From the human T2T-CHM13v2.0 reference genome, Homo sapiens, in the NCBI RefSeq assembly GCF_009914755.1, contig NC_060935.1: a stretch of 64,000 bases of DNA, one strand, 5' to 3'. A program made the position numbers and the translations under genes. The notes under the pieces are model-generated. The model had not been told where the DNA came from. It saw nothing but the letters and a program-made list of their open reading frames with translations, and did not search any database. Below are positions 31,583 to 46,289 of this stretch, in pieces. Within the stretch, counting starts at the first letter, position 1; each line of letters opens with the position of its first letter.

Positions 31583-32372
31583 TGAAGTTTTAATCTTGTT
31601 GAGGGAAAAGGATATAGTGAATAGATGTATTGATTAATTATATAAATCAATCTAAAATATTTAACATTTAACATTCTTAAAATTAAAATTCCTTAATTGT
31701 AATTTTAAAATTCTTTGAAATTGTGTTTCTATTTTAATTTGGTTGTACTTTTTTCTTAATTCTTGAGATAATCACTAAGGATAGATACTTTTACCCCTAG
31801 AAATACTGTTTCACTCCATAAGAGATTATTTCAGAAGTTATCTTCAGCCCCCATGGCACCCTCTCACTCCCCTTAACCAATCCATCACTAATGGTCATGC
31901 CAGTTTCATCCCAATACCTCCCCAGTCTATCTGTCTCTTTTGTAACCACCACAGTTCAGCCCATCATACCTCTTACCTGGACAGCCTCAATAGTCAGCTA
32001 ACTGGAATCCCCGTATCAATGTCTGTTTCCCATTGCCTACACTGCAACTTCTCAAAGATCTTTTCAAAATGCAAATCTGTTCATGTCTGCTCTTGGCTTA
32101 AAACTTTTTGATGTCATTAGATGTATACGAGAGACTTCAATTATAATCAAGTTCATATTATTTAAAAGCATTATCCAATTATAGTATTATATTTAAGTTA
32201 GTAGTAGTTACATGGAAATGTATTACATTATCCTCTGTCATCTATATATGAAACATTTCTCACATGAGAAAAACAGCCAAAAAGTTCAAAACAAACAAAA
32301 AATCAAAATCAAAATATAGCAAGAGATTTTTCAATTGCATCCTTAATGAAGTATTGAAGTTTTCTATATCCA

Positions 32373-32442
32373 ATCCTTGCACATGGGCCATGCTGATCTT
32401 CTCTGTATCCAATTTTAGTACATGTGCTCCCGAAGTGAGCAC
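32373..32442 (-). pseudogene. U6 snRNA retrocopy, 3'-truncated
   Basis: The minus strand reads GTGCTCACTTCGGGAGCACATGTACTAAAATTGGATACAGAGAAGATCAGCATGGCCCATGTGCAAGGAT, matching U6 nt 1 to ~74 with substitutions and a 4-nt deletion. Confidence 0.93.
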
Positions 32443-32676
32443 TATATGTCTAAACTTAACACCTCCTCAGTTATGATATTAATACTTCTCATACTTCTTT
32501 GAGTTCTTTGTCTGAGATTTCTTTTTGCTACAGAGGCTTTGTTGTTTCTGCCCACGGCTCTCTCTGCCACCTACTCTCTACAAACTCCCTGGTTAATTCC
32601 TATTTAAAATTCAGATTTAAATGTAAATATCACTTTCTTGGAGATGTATTTCTTAACCTGTCCAGCCTAGATCAAG

Positions 32677-32727
32677 GTAGATAGATCAATAGATAGATGA
32701 TAGATAGATAGATAGATAGATAGATAG
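32677..32727. repeat. (GATA)n microsatellite
   Basis: Interrupted AGAT run. Confidence 0.95.
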
Positions 32728-32999
32728 TCTTATTGGTTTGCTTTACATATTCCTCCAAACACTTATTGGCTTGTGATGATGCGCTGATTTATGTAATTAT
32801 TTTATGTATGTATTTTGCCATCTACTATAAGCCCCATATGGGCAGGAACAATGTCTGTTTTGGTTCCTTATTTTCAAGTCTAGCATGGAGTGACCCCTTG
32901 GTAAGTGTGAGTTGAATGAAGAAGAAAAGGGACATGCTGTGCCTGGGATACGGTCAAAACTTAGAACCTGGAGTTAAAGGGAAAGGTAGTCTATTGCCT

Positions 33000-33170
33000 C
33001 TTCTGCCACTTAGCTTTGGACAATGCATTTGAGCCTTCCCAGCTAGGTTTCTTCATGAGTAAAATGAAGGTAATAGTAGTGCCTCTGCTACAGGGCTGTT
33101 AAGAGCATTAAATGAGAAAGCACAAAGAGCTCAGCAGAGTGCCCAGCTCATAGTAGACACTCAAATCATT
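33000..33170 (+). mobile_element. MIR
   Basis: tttcttcatgagtaaaatgaaggtaatagtagtgcct...attaaatgaga core. Confidence 0.7.
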
Positions 33171-34379
33171 ATTCATTATATTTTCATGCTTCTATATTTT
33201 TCTTCTTTTGTTACAAAATTTTCACACTGAAATGTTCTCCCTCTCTGCTCATGCTCTTCCTACTGTGATGTGTTGATCTTTTGTGTCAAACTGAAACTGC
33301 TTTCCATTTCAGGTCATCTGCAGAGCATTTGAATGATAGGAGGAGGAGATGAAGGCGCTGCCATTTATCTGTCAGATGTGTCACTCTCTGTGAGGGGCTG
33401 GCCTCTCACAGACCTGGGGTTCCACGGGCTGCAGGGAACCCACCCGAGGTAGAGACCTCTGGGCTGGGCCCCTTGTTCTTTCCTTTCACTCTGTCGAATC
33501 CTTGGCTTTTATTTTTCTTCAGGGAAAACATGACGGTGTTTTTCTTGTAGATTTGTTTTGTTTTATTTTTACTTCAGATTCATGTGCTTATATTGGACAA
33601 ATCTTAAAGCTTCCACATGTTATCCAGGGAAAAATGTATTGCTTTTTATTGAGTTGAGACTGATCAAGCTATCAAAAATTCACACTTGGCTGAGGCTGTC
33701 TTAAGTTTGGTCAACTTCTCTAGGTTCAGCAAGATTTTGTAACTATTACTGAAGTCTGTGGTGGCAAAGGGGCTCCGTGAAGGGAAACATCTGGATTTAA
33801 AGTAGACTTTAATTACATCTCACACCCCTGCTCTAGACCAATGTTTAAAACCCCAGGGAGAAGCTTAAAAGTGTGACTCCGTTTGAAACTCAGGAGTCAT
33901 TTTAACCTAATTGCTCCCTTATAGCTTAAAGCTAACACCTAAGCCTTTAAGAATAAACTCATAGTCCCTGATTCCTGACTGTATTTGCCCTGAGTAAGTG
34001 CTCCCACAGGATCTGCACACTATCGCTAATTTCAGTAAATGTTTTCACGGTCTTGGCTGTAGAGTTAATGCCTAACAAGTTCCAGAGGAACCAATTTCCT
34101 GCTGGAGGAAACTTCCTTACCAAGTTTCCTAATTATTCCCAGTCATTGCCCTGTAGAATCCAACTGGCCAGGGGAGGCTGTTAATAGGCCACAGGTGACA
34201 GCTACAGTTAGGTTACCAAGGAAACAGATCAACCATGCAGAGAGCGATGTTTGACACAAGGAGACCAGGGACCCGTAAATACATGTATTTCCTGCTGCCT
34301 CTTGTTTCCTGAGGTGGGGGGAATCAGGACATACATCCTTCCTCTCAAAGTCATTGAGAAATTGACTATAGTGAATTCT

Positions 34380-34865
34380 CCCAGCCAACATTCTGAAACT
34401 TTTTGGTCTCAAGACTCCTTTATACTTCTAAAATTTCTAGAAAACCCCAAAGAGTTTTTGTTTATGAAGATTATAGCAATTCATATTTACTATATTCAAT
34501 ATTAAAACTAAGACATTTAAAAACATTTATTTAACTCATTCAAAAATAATAATAACTCCGTTACATGTTGACAGAAATAACAATTTTGATCAAAGATATT
34601 TAAAAGGATGTTATTGTTTTACATTTTTGCAAATCTCTTTAATATCTGGCTTAGAACACAGCTGAATTCTGTTTCTGCATTCAATCTGTTGTGATATAAT
34701 GCATCATGTAGCTTCTGGAAGACTACTGTACATTCTTGGGCAAATGAGAGATAAAAGGCAAATAATATTTTTAAATTACTATGAAAATAATTTTGATCTC
34801 ACAGTACTCATAAAAGTGTCTCAGGGTCTCCCAGAGGCCCCAAAACCAACTCTCAGGACAACTAT
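34380..34865. mobile_element. hAT-Charlie DNA transposon remnant (Charlie1a/b-like)
   Basis: aaactttttggtctcaagactcctttatac...ccccaaagagtttttgtttatg terminus. Confidence 0.7.
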
Positions 34866-35899
34866 TCTAAACAAAACCGCACTAAAAGATGGTCATTGAA
34901 TAGCTTTATCTGAATGAAACACAAAGCAAAGCAATAGACCAAGAGACAAGTTTGCAATTATGAAAGTGGGAGCATCTGTGCTCTGCTCTTCATATTTCTG
35001 CTACTTTCGGCCATCCTGACCTACAAGGACTTCCAGCCTCTTGTCCAGACATCCTTATAATGACATCTGGCCCTAACACCAAAAATAGATTTACTACAAT
35101 TTTCTTTTGAAACAGTGACTTGAAATTCTATAAACTACCAAGTATCAGCAGTCCATAGAGTTTTTTAGCAAAGGCTACAATGTTAGCAAAAAGCAGGTAA
35201 TATTTGGCAACAATAATCACAGAGACTGAACAAATTTTCATTCGTAATAAACGCCTGATTTTCCCCACCTTTATAAAGGCCTGTCTGAGAAGCCAAAAGA
35301 TAGGGGAAACACGAACTTTCTAAAAAGAATTGCCCTTATGTACTTCCCAGAAGTGGTTGTATCTTATGCCCAAATTGCATACGCTGATGGGATGGATTCT
35401 TTGGATGCCAAAAGAGTTGCACAAGGACACGTGATGATCTCAGGCAGTGTGTCAGACCTCCAAGAACATCCAGTATTGATTTGAACAACTCTGCCCACAA
35501 TCTCTGCTTAAGACATATTATTCCAGGCATACAGTCTACCCAACCTGGCCACCTCTGTAAGGCTGTTTGAGCCTGGGCTACATATTGGAGACAAGATCTT
35601 AGTGCACAGTCACTAACGCAATGCCTGGGGCACTTAAGCCCAACATGGGGGTACTTTCAGTTCCTGTTCTTTTATCACATGAGAGACAGTAGAATACACC
35701 TACTAGTCAAAAGCACAAACTCTGAAGTCCAAGAAATCTGTGTTCTAGTCCTACCCTGTCACAAAATAATTTTGAATATTTGGACAAATTATTTAGTATC
35801 TTTCAGCTCCTTTGTCAAATGGTATTGTTGTGAAGATTAAATGAGTTCATACACGTAAGGGACTTAGTAAGGTATAGAGTATTCAATAAATACTGGCTA

Positions 35900-36037
<138 letters not shown>

Positions 36038-36539
36038 TAAACCATAAGCAAGTTTAATTCCCTGGACTTTCAGCCGTGAGAGTATAGCAATTACACACTG
36101 TAGCCATTAGATGGCAGTAAGAATTTAGTCTATCTTTTGGCATAAAGCGCCAACTATTTCCTGGAGTTTTTATTCATCTAGGGCTTGGAGGCTTCACCCT
36201 CAAGCTTCTCCTTAGATCCACTTCCTTTGTCCTTGCTACCCTGTCCCCTGGTCTCTTAATTTGAACTGCTTGGTCTCTGGAAGCCCTGTAACATCATGGG
36301 TCTCTACTCTTCCCTCTGTTTTGCACATACTACATCCATTTGTGTCTGTCTCTTCCTCAGATACAAACCACATCAGCACAGGGCCTGTGCCACACTGATT
36401 CGATCTCTCTCCTCTATTGGATTTTTTTCATGGGACTTCAAACATTCTGCAATCTCTCCAGCTTAAGAAGATCCTCCCTGGATCAGGCAGCCCTCTCTAG
36501 GTATTGCTTTCTAACTCTGTCCCCACAATTCAGACCTCC

Positions 36540-37575
36540 GTTTTGAGCCTGACCTATATACGCCAGCTATCTATTTGACTGATTTCATGCAGGCATCTGA
36601 CACCTTAGTCATTCAAAACTGGATTTCACCCCCAAAAGCCCTCTCTTCCAGCAATCCATATCTCAACAAATGGAACCCCCATCCACTCTCTCCTCCAACC
36701 AGAAAGGTAGGCTTATCCCTGACACCTTTCTCCTACCCTCTCCCCACATATAATCCTTACCAAGTCCTGTCAATTTGATTTCTTAAATATGGGTATAAAC
36801 TTTCACATTGCTGCCTTTCCACTGCAGAGGTGTCAGGGATAAGCCCACCTTTCTTGTTGGAGCAGAGAGTGGATGGGGGTTCCATTTGTCGAGGTAAGGA
36901 ACACTGGAAGGGAAGGCTTAGTCCAAGCTAAGCTAAGGTGAAAGTCCTACTCTCAGCTGGGCCACAGCAATTGCCACTGCCTTGTCTATTATCTTCTCAG
37001 CAGCCAGAATGATGTTTTAAAATACAAATTTGGCCATGTGACTACTCAGTGTTAAACCTTTCCCTGGCCACCTATTGCTAGTAGGTGAAGTTCAAAGTTC
37101 TTATTGTACCTACAAGGCTTTGCACAGTCTGCCTTCAGCTTATCGCTCCACCCTACTCCTCCCTCTCCCTCTCCAGCCCTCTCCCGTTCCTGAAGTGGCA
37201 TCAAGCTCCTTCATATTCATACCTTCAAACACTTTATTCCTTCCAGATGAACTGCTCCCTCCTCCACAGCTGGGCCTGGCTAACTCCCATCATCCTTTAA
37301 GACTCCATTTAAGTGTTACTTTCTCAGGGAGGCCTTCTCTGTCCTCAGCACCACTCCTCTCCCTGCCACCCCTCCAGGTTAGATAAGTTCTTCCTATTAT
37401 AATCTCAAGGTATTTTGTGTTTTTTCTTTATAACAGTTATCACAATTATAATTATGTTTCGTTATGTATTTATCTAATAATCCTCTCTCTCATTAGACTA
37501 TCTTGCTTATCTTTGTGTTCCCAGCACCTGGCACAGTGCCTAGTACATAAAAATCATTCAACAAACATTGTTGGT
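36540..37575. mobile_element. L2 fragment containing an inverted duplication
   Basis: L2 3' motifs (cagcagccagaatgatg; cccagcacctggcacagtgcctagtacataaaaatcattcaacaaacattgttg). Confidence 0.75.
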
Positions 37576-37789
37576 TAAAGATTAAATGGCTTTTTTTCCT
37601 CAAACTGGCCATTCTCACTCTCACAGTGTCTTGGCAGAAACTGCTAGAAAGTAACAGCCCAACACACACACACATACACACACACACACACACGCAGAGA
37701 AAGAAAGAGAGACATGCACCAAATATAGTCTCTATACAAATAACACTCATCCTTCACTACTTAATTCAAATGTCACGTCAACAATGCAA

Positions 37790-38350
37790 CCATAAGAAAA
37801 AACTAAAAGTAGACATTGGCTTTGGGATGGGAGAAAGGGCAGAATCAGCAAGCATCTTGAGGATATTGCTGATGAAAGTTTGAAGAGCTTCAAGGAGACG
37901 GTTGACATAGAACTTGCAGACAGTGAGGAAAATGTTATCAGATGCTGGATTAAAGAACACCCAAAAGATGCCTTGGCCAAACAGTTAACAAAATCATCAC
38001 TGCAGCAATGTAGAAAATAAAAAAATATATCAATAAAATGGCAGATCTGACTAAGGATATTCCCAGGCAGAATATCATAAGAGCTGATTTCTTTTAGCTG
38101 CATATAATAAAATACTAGTAGAGAAAAATAAGCTAAAGAACAAACTATTCAGTTTTTTAACAGAATATGGAGAAAATGTAAAGGATCCGGAACTTGCTAT
38201 ATTCAAAATAAATATGTCCGTCATTCCCAGTCTCTTCCAGTGAATGATTTTGAAAGAAAGAAATGGTTTGGGGGCAAAGATCAAATTCAGGGAGTGGTTT
38301 GTAAGACACTTTGTTAAAACCTTAGAAAAACCTTTAACAAAAAAGAACTC
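37790..38350 (+). mobile_element. MaLR internal (MLT-int) fragment
   Basis: cattggctttgggatgg, gaggaaaatgttat and gctgcatataataaaat motifs. Confidence 0.55.
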
Positions 38351-38737
38351 CATCCTGCCTGATCAACAGAATACTGTGGAAGTCACATTGCTCCAGTTTC
38401 TTGGATCAGACCTTGAGTGACTGGCAGATTCCAGAATACTCAAACACTCACCATGGTATGTGTCATTTTTAAAAGGAGGGGTTGGGAGAGTTTGTGTGTA
38501 AATTTTCTGTTGATGATCCCCACTAAAGACTTGCTAGGTCTTCTCAACAGTTCATTACTGTAATGAACAACCAAGTTATTTGCCTTGAGCCTGGTCAGGA
38601 GTCTCCTGAAATAGCAAAGTTATGTTAATGAAAACAGTGAAATGATAAAGTCATCTTAATGTAGATGGTAAGTTATATGGGTTTGGTAGTTTGGGTCCCT
38701 AGAGTTTTCATTCTATATGAATTGATATTGAAAGAGC

Positions 38738-39237
38738 TGTCAAAATAAAAGTTGCACTGGGCAAAGTTGAACAGGAAGAGATACTTTATTCAAGACTATT
38801 GCAACAAGGGACAGAGATTAAACTCAACTCAGCTGAAACAAAAGCCTGGAGAGAGTTTAACAGCTGGAGTAGAGGGAATCATAAGACAGTGGTGTTCACT
38901 AATTGGCTGAACCCAAAGCAAACTTTCTCTGCTTATAACAGGAGGTACTTGTATAACTTGGAGCAAAATGTCTACTGAAGTTAGGCTCCTACCCTCCCAT
39001 GGAGACTGGAAGATAAGGAGCTATTTCTTTTGATGTTTACATTTAAAACTAGTAAGAGGCTTCTAAGCAGATTTACATACATTTCAAAGGAGGCAGAGAA
39101 AAAATTTGCAATTACAAGTTTTCTCCAGTGATTTAAGAAAAGGGAGGTCAGGGACCTAGAGTCAGGAAAAAAAAAAAAAAAAACACCTGTCTTAATTTTA
39201 CTTAAGCTGAGGGGAATGTTGAAGGCCATCTCAATCA
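38738..39237 (-). mobile_element. ERV1 solo LTR (MER31-like)
   Basis: TG...CA ends, antisense polyA signal (ctttattcaag), about 500 bp. Confidence 0.65.
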
Positions 39238-39496
39238 AAGCATTCCTGTTATTTAAATTGAAGGAATTTCTCTATTTCTGCACTGTATTATTTGGGCTAC
39301 ATTGTGCTGTTGTCCTTATTGCACAAGCTTTTGGTGAGTTAGTTTGAATAATGTGTCTATATGTAATTTGAGTTGGGAAATAGGTGGAAACAGCCCAGTG
39401 AAGAAATGTCAAGTAATGCCTTCACTTAATTAATTCTGACCTCTTTCAGATGCCCCTTTTCCCAAGAAGATATAAAAGTATAGTAATAGGCATTAG

Positions 39497-39790
39497 GGCT
39501 GGGCATGGTGGCTCATACCTATAATACTAGCACTTTAGGAAGCCAAGGTGGGAGGACTGCTTGAGCCCAGGAGTTCAAGACCAACTTGGGCAACATAGAG
39601 AGACTCTGTCTCTACAAAAAATTAAAAAATCAACTGGGTGTGGTGATGCATGCCTGTAGTTCCAGCTATGCAGGAGGAGGATTGCTTGAGCCTGGGAGGT
39701 CAAGGCTGCAGTGAGCTGGGATGGTGCCACTGCACTCCAGCCTGGGCAACAGGGTCAGACTCTGTCTCAAAAAAAAAAGAAAAAGAAAAT
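39497..39790 (+). mobile_element. AluJ
   Basis: Dimer with AluJ diagnostics and a small deletion in the right arm. Confidence 0.88.
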
Positions 39791-40094
39791 AGATACTGGG
39801 AGCATGGCCAGTTGTAACTATGCAAGGGAAAGGACACGCCTGTTAGCTGTTAGCAGTGAGCAAATCAAGGGACTTCAGAAACCCAAAAGGCTCCTTATGT
39901 GAAGAAGTTGGCTGCAGAATTTAACCCCAGCCTTCACATGTCACAGGCTAAATTAGTTTGCTATGGCTGTCATAGCAAAATATCACAGACTGGTGGCTTA
40001 AACAGAAATTTATTTCTCATAGTTCTGGATGCTAGAAGCCCAAGATTAAAGTATCAATAGATTTTGTTTCTCCTGAGGCCTTTTTCATTGGCTT

Positions 40095-41982
<1,888 letters not shown>

Positions 41983-42476
41983 GGCTAGCAGATGGCCATC
42001 TTCTCACTGTGTCCTTACGTGGCCGTCCTTCAGTCTGTGTAATGTCTGCATTCTAATCTCCTCTTCTTATGAGGATACCAGATTTTTTGGATTAAGGCCA
42101 GCCCTAGTGACCTTATTTTATCTTAATTACCACTTTAAAGGTGCTAGCTCTAAATATAGTCACATTCTGAAAGTCAGGACTTCAACATATGAATGTCAGG
42201 GGACACAGTTCAGCCCATAATGCAGAACATGACTAAAAGTGAGACTTGACTGTCACTCATGTTTGAAATGCTTGTTCCCTGGTGCCACAAAGAAATAGCA
42301 CTTGAACATACATTTAATTTTCTCAGCAAGGCCATTTTTATTCTCTACAGAAAGGGTACATTCACCAGCAGTTTTGCCACAAGAGTACACCGAACAAAGG
42401 AGACAGGGTTATTTATAACCTGACGCATCCACCCTACTGCTGTGTCTGGTTTCCATTGGCTGGAATGGGACCTCAC

Positions 42477-42915
42477 TGTAACCCACATGGACCTAGGGGG
42501 ACTGAACAAAGGGGGCAAATGTGGGAATAAAACACAAGAGATGAAAGAGTATATTTGGAAGAAGGGGTCAGAGGGCACCTTGCCTCTAGTGGACAAGGGC
42601 CCTGAGCTTTACACAGCCCTCCGTATTTATTAGGCAATAGAGATAGCAAGAAGGAGGGGAGTGGTTGTTGGCTGGCATTTTATTCACAGCAGGCTGGCAA
42701 GACTGCATTCTTAGAACAATAGGAGCTAGATCTCTCAATAGATAACTTCAAGGAGCCTGGCACCATGGAGTGAGGCCCTCAGCAAACGTTTTGGTAGCAG
42801 GGCAGTGTGAGTTTGGCCACATCCTGCATTCATGATAAACAGTTTGCCGTTTGATCATATAGCCTCCAGCAGAATACTAAGTTGGTCATGTCCCACAGGC
42901 TTTCGGCTCCCTGCA
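42477..42915 (-). repeat. 3' LTR (LTR3)
   Basis: Direct repeat of 48947-49378, roughly 10% diverged by eye. AATAAA at 42626-42631. Confidence 0.92.
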
Positions 42916-43190
42916 TATCCCACTTTTTGTTTATGTATTAATTGAAAGAATGTAAGGCCAGACTGGGTAGCTCTCATTCTCTGATTGGTGGTCCATCCAA
43001 TTTTACAGAAAACATAGCATTAGAACAGTGTTGTGACTCTGGCCGGCATTCTGTCTGTCTTTACACTCAGGCTCAGCTGTCTCATGGTTCGTACCAGAAG
43101 GACCGGGCTCATGGTTGGCCACCCTGGGTTCCTCCAGTCTCCCATTCCATGGTCACACATGTCTTGAGGGCACCCACAGGGTTTGTCCAT
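42916..43190 (-). pseudogene. env: HML-6 env remnant: ERVK3-1-like leader fused to the TM tail
   Basis: MDKPCGCPQDMCDHGMGD... follows the acceptor tttttacag. Only ~100 bp of TM tail (CYVFCKIGW...HKQKVG) remains before the PPT and LTR. Confidence 0.8.
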
Positions 43191-43374
43191 CTGTAAAAAC
43201 ACAAGTATATCCTCTTCCCCACGTCAGTAAATCCACCGAACCTTTACATTGTCCTTCTTCCGGGGATTTCCATAACACTTTTGGATAAACTTTCCTCTTT
43301 TCCTTTAACATTTGCCAATGTCTTTCTACTGGAGTCTTACCATCCATACTAGGAGTCAAAAAATTTAAAGTAGA

Positions 43375-43670
<296 letters not shown>

Positions 43671-44362
43671 CTTAAAGTAACTAAGGCTAAAGGTAGTTTC
43701 GATTGAGGTGGTAGTTGGCCTCCTATACCCCCTTTTTGTTTTTTCAACATGCATTGTAATGTTTGATGGGCCCATTCTATAATGACTTGTCCTCTAGCAT
43801 CATAAGGAATTCCTGTTTTATGGGTTATAGCCCAAAGCTGTAAGAAATTTTGAAAAGCATGACTAGTATAAGCGGTTCCATTATCAGTTTTTAATTGTTT
43901 AAGTATCCCCATATGAGCAAATGATGACAGACAATGTCGCCATACATGACCAGCTGTCTCACCTGCTTGGCATGTAGCATGCAGCATCTATAGTCACATG
44001 AACATAGCTAAGCTTACCAAAGGTAACTATTGTGTAACATCCATTTGCCAAACTTCATTTGGAGCCAAACCTCATGAGTTACAGCCTTCTACAGGTGTGG
44101 CTCCAGGGACATGCTGACAAGTAGGACAGGCTTGTATTATAGCCCTAGCTTGGCTGCAAGATAAATGGAACACGCAAGTAAGGGTGGAAGTATTTTGATG
44201 CAGAAGCGCATGAGATGCTTGAGCTTGCTGAAACACAGAACAAATCAATTTATATCTACTTTATCATTCCCTAGGGATAATGGTCCTGGAAGTTGTGTAT
44301 GAGAACAAATATCAGAAATATGAAAAGGATCTGCATGAGAACGAGTAACTCGCTGAAGTCTT

Positions 44363-44653
44363 TTTTTGTTTTGTTTTGTTTTGTTTTTCACATTAGATGT
44401 TGGTAGAAATTTTTATTTTTTTAACTTTTAGGTTCGGTGAACATATGTAGGTTTGTTATGTAAATAAATTGCATGTCACAGAAGTTTGGTGTACAGATTA
44501 TTTTGCCACCCACATAATAAGCATAGAAACTGATAGGTAATTTTTGGATCCTCATCCTCTTCCCTCCCTCTATCCTCAAGCACGCCCCAGTGTCTGCTGT
44601 TCCTTTGTGTCCATGTGTACTCAATGTTTGGCTCCCACTTATATGTGTGAACA
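44363..44653 (-). mobile_element. Retroposed fragment: L1PA15/16-like 3' end, short unique tag and A tail, within HML-6 RNase H
   Basis: TSD TGA(A/T)GTCTT at 44354-44362 and 44654-44662. The tail has decayed to (TTTTG)n. Confidence 0.85.
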
Positions 44654-46289
44654 TGATGTCTTAAAAATAAATTAAACAGTTCTGGGTCTAGTGTACTTTT
44701 AATTGTAGCAGTTTCTATGTGACTGGTTACATTTACAACATAAGCTGAATCACAGACAATGTTGATAGGATCTGAAGCTGCGAGCTGTAAAACCTGAATG
44801 ACTGCAATTAGCTCTGAGCCTTGAGCTGAAGCCCCAGATGTCATTATTATTTGAGTATGTTTACGTCCATAGATAGCAGCATGACCTCTGGAAGAGCCAT
44901 CAGTAAAGTAAGTCTGTCCACCTGCAATAGGCTTGTGATGAGTAATCACAGAAAGAATGAAAGAATGGATTTTATAAAACTGTAAAATTTTGTCTGAGGG
45001 GTAGTGATTATCTATAGCACCCATGAAATCTGCAAAAGCAATTTGCCAGGCAGTTGACATTTCCCAAGCTGTGGCTTGTTGCTGGGAGTCTAAAGGAACA
45101 ATAATTTTGTCAGGGTCATATCCCATAAGCATTTTTGACCTATGCCTGCCCATAGTCACAATTTGTGTAATTAAAGAAAGATAAACTTGCAAGGTTTTGA
45201 CTGTTTGATTAGGTAGAAAGAGCCATTCTATTACTGTTGCAGACTTGTCTATGAACTGGCCCAATAGTCCTGTTGGAGAGTGGGGGGTAGGAGGAATAAA
45301 CAAAAGCAAAGGTTTTTGCAGTTGTAGCTGTGAGGCATGTCTCTGCTGTAACATTTTCTCTACAAGCCGTAATTCGGCTTCTGCCTCTTTAGTTAGTTGC
45401 CATGGGGAATTTAAAGTAGAATCTCCTTGCAGGGTTTGGTAAAGATGTGTAAGTTGATAGGTAGCAATACCTAACATTGGCTGTAGCCAATTAATATCTC
45501 CTAATAATTGTAGAAAATCATTTAAAGTCTGTAACCTGTCTTTACAGAGAACTACTTTCTGAGGCCGTACACTTCTCTCCATAACAATAATTCCTAAGTA
45601 TTGGTATGGGGAAGTTGTTTGTACCTTTTTCGGAGCTATTTTGAGATTCCATTTAGTCAAAGCTTGCTTCGTTTCTCTGAATAACTGCTGTAGGATTTGA
45701 TCTATAGGAGGGGCCAAAAGAATATCATCCATAAAATGAATGATGTAAGCAGTAGGAAACATATTCCGAGACTCCTTTAATGCCTGTCCTACAAAATGTT
45801 GACATAGCATGACTTGGGGGTAAAACTCTCCATTGATAACAAGAAACAGGTTCTCTTTGGTTAATAGAAGGCACAGAGAAGGCGAATCAAGGCTTATCCT
45901 TCTCATGTAAGAATATAGTAAAGAAACAATCCTTAAGATCTATTAATACAAGAGGCCAGACTCTTGGAATAGCCACTGAAGATGGTATACCTTTTTGTAA
46001 GGCATCCATCCATTTTATATGTGTATTAATAGCTCTTAAATCTTGTAGCAGTCACCATCTTCTGGACTTTTTTAGAATAACAAACACTGGAGAATTCCAG
46101 GAGCTAACTGACTCCTCTATGTGTCCAGCATCCCACTGATCTTTTACTGGCTGTTGAAGTTGTGTCGGCTTCTCCTGAGATAGGGGCCATTGATCCACCC
46201 ACATGGGTTTGTCACTGAGCCATTCTAATGGTAAGGCAGTGGGCAGAGGAGAAATATCAATGACCTCCATCAGAAATCCTGACGTCCTA

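Noticed and set aside
35336-35650. Unique-looking stretch tested as a coding exon or Gypsy integrase remnant
   Set aside because: No convincing motif in the frames I translated.
44476-45906. 476-aa pol ORF as a domesticated RT
   Set aside because: The RT N-terminus is frameshifted away, YMDD reads FMDD, and RNase H is cut by an insertion. This is compatible with neutral decay.
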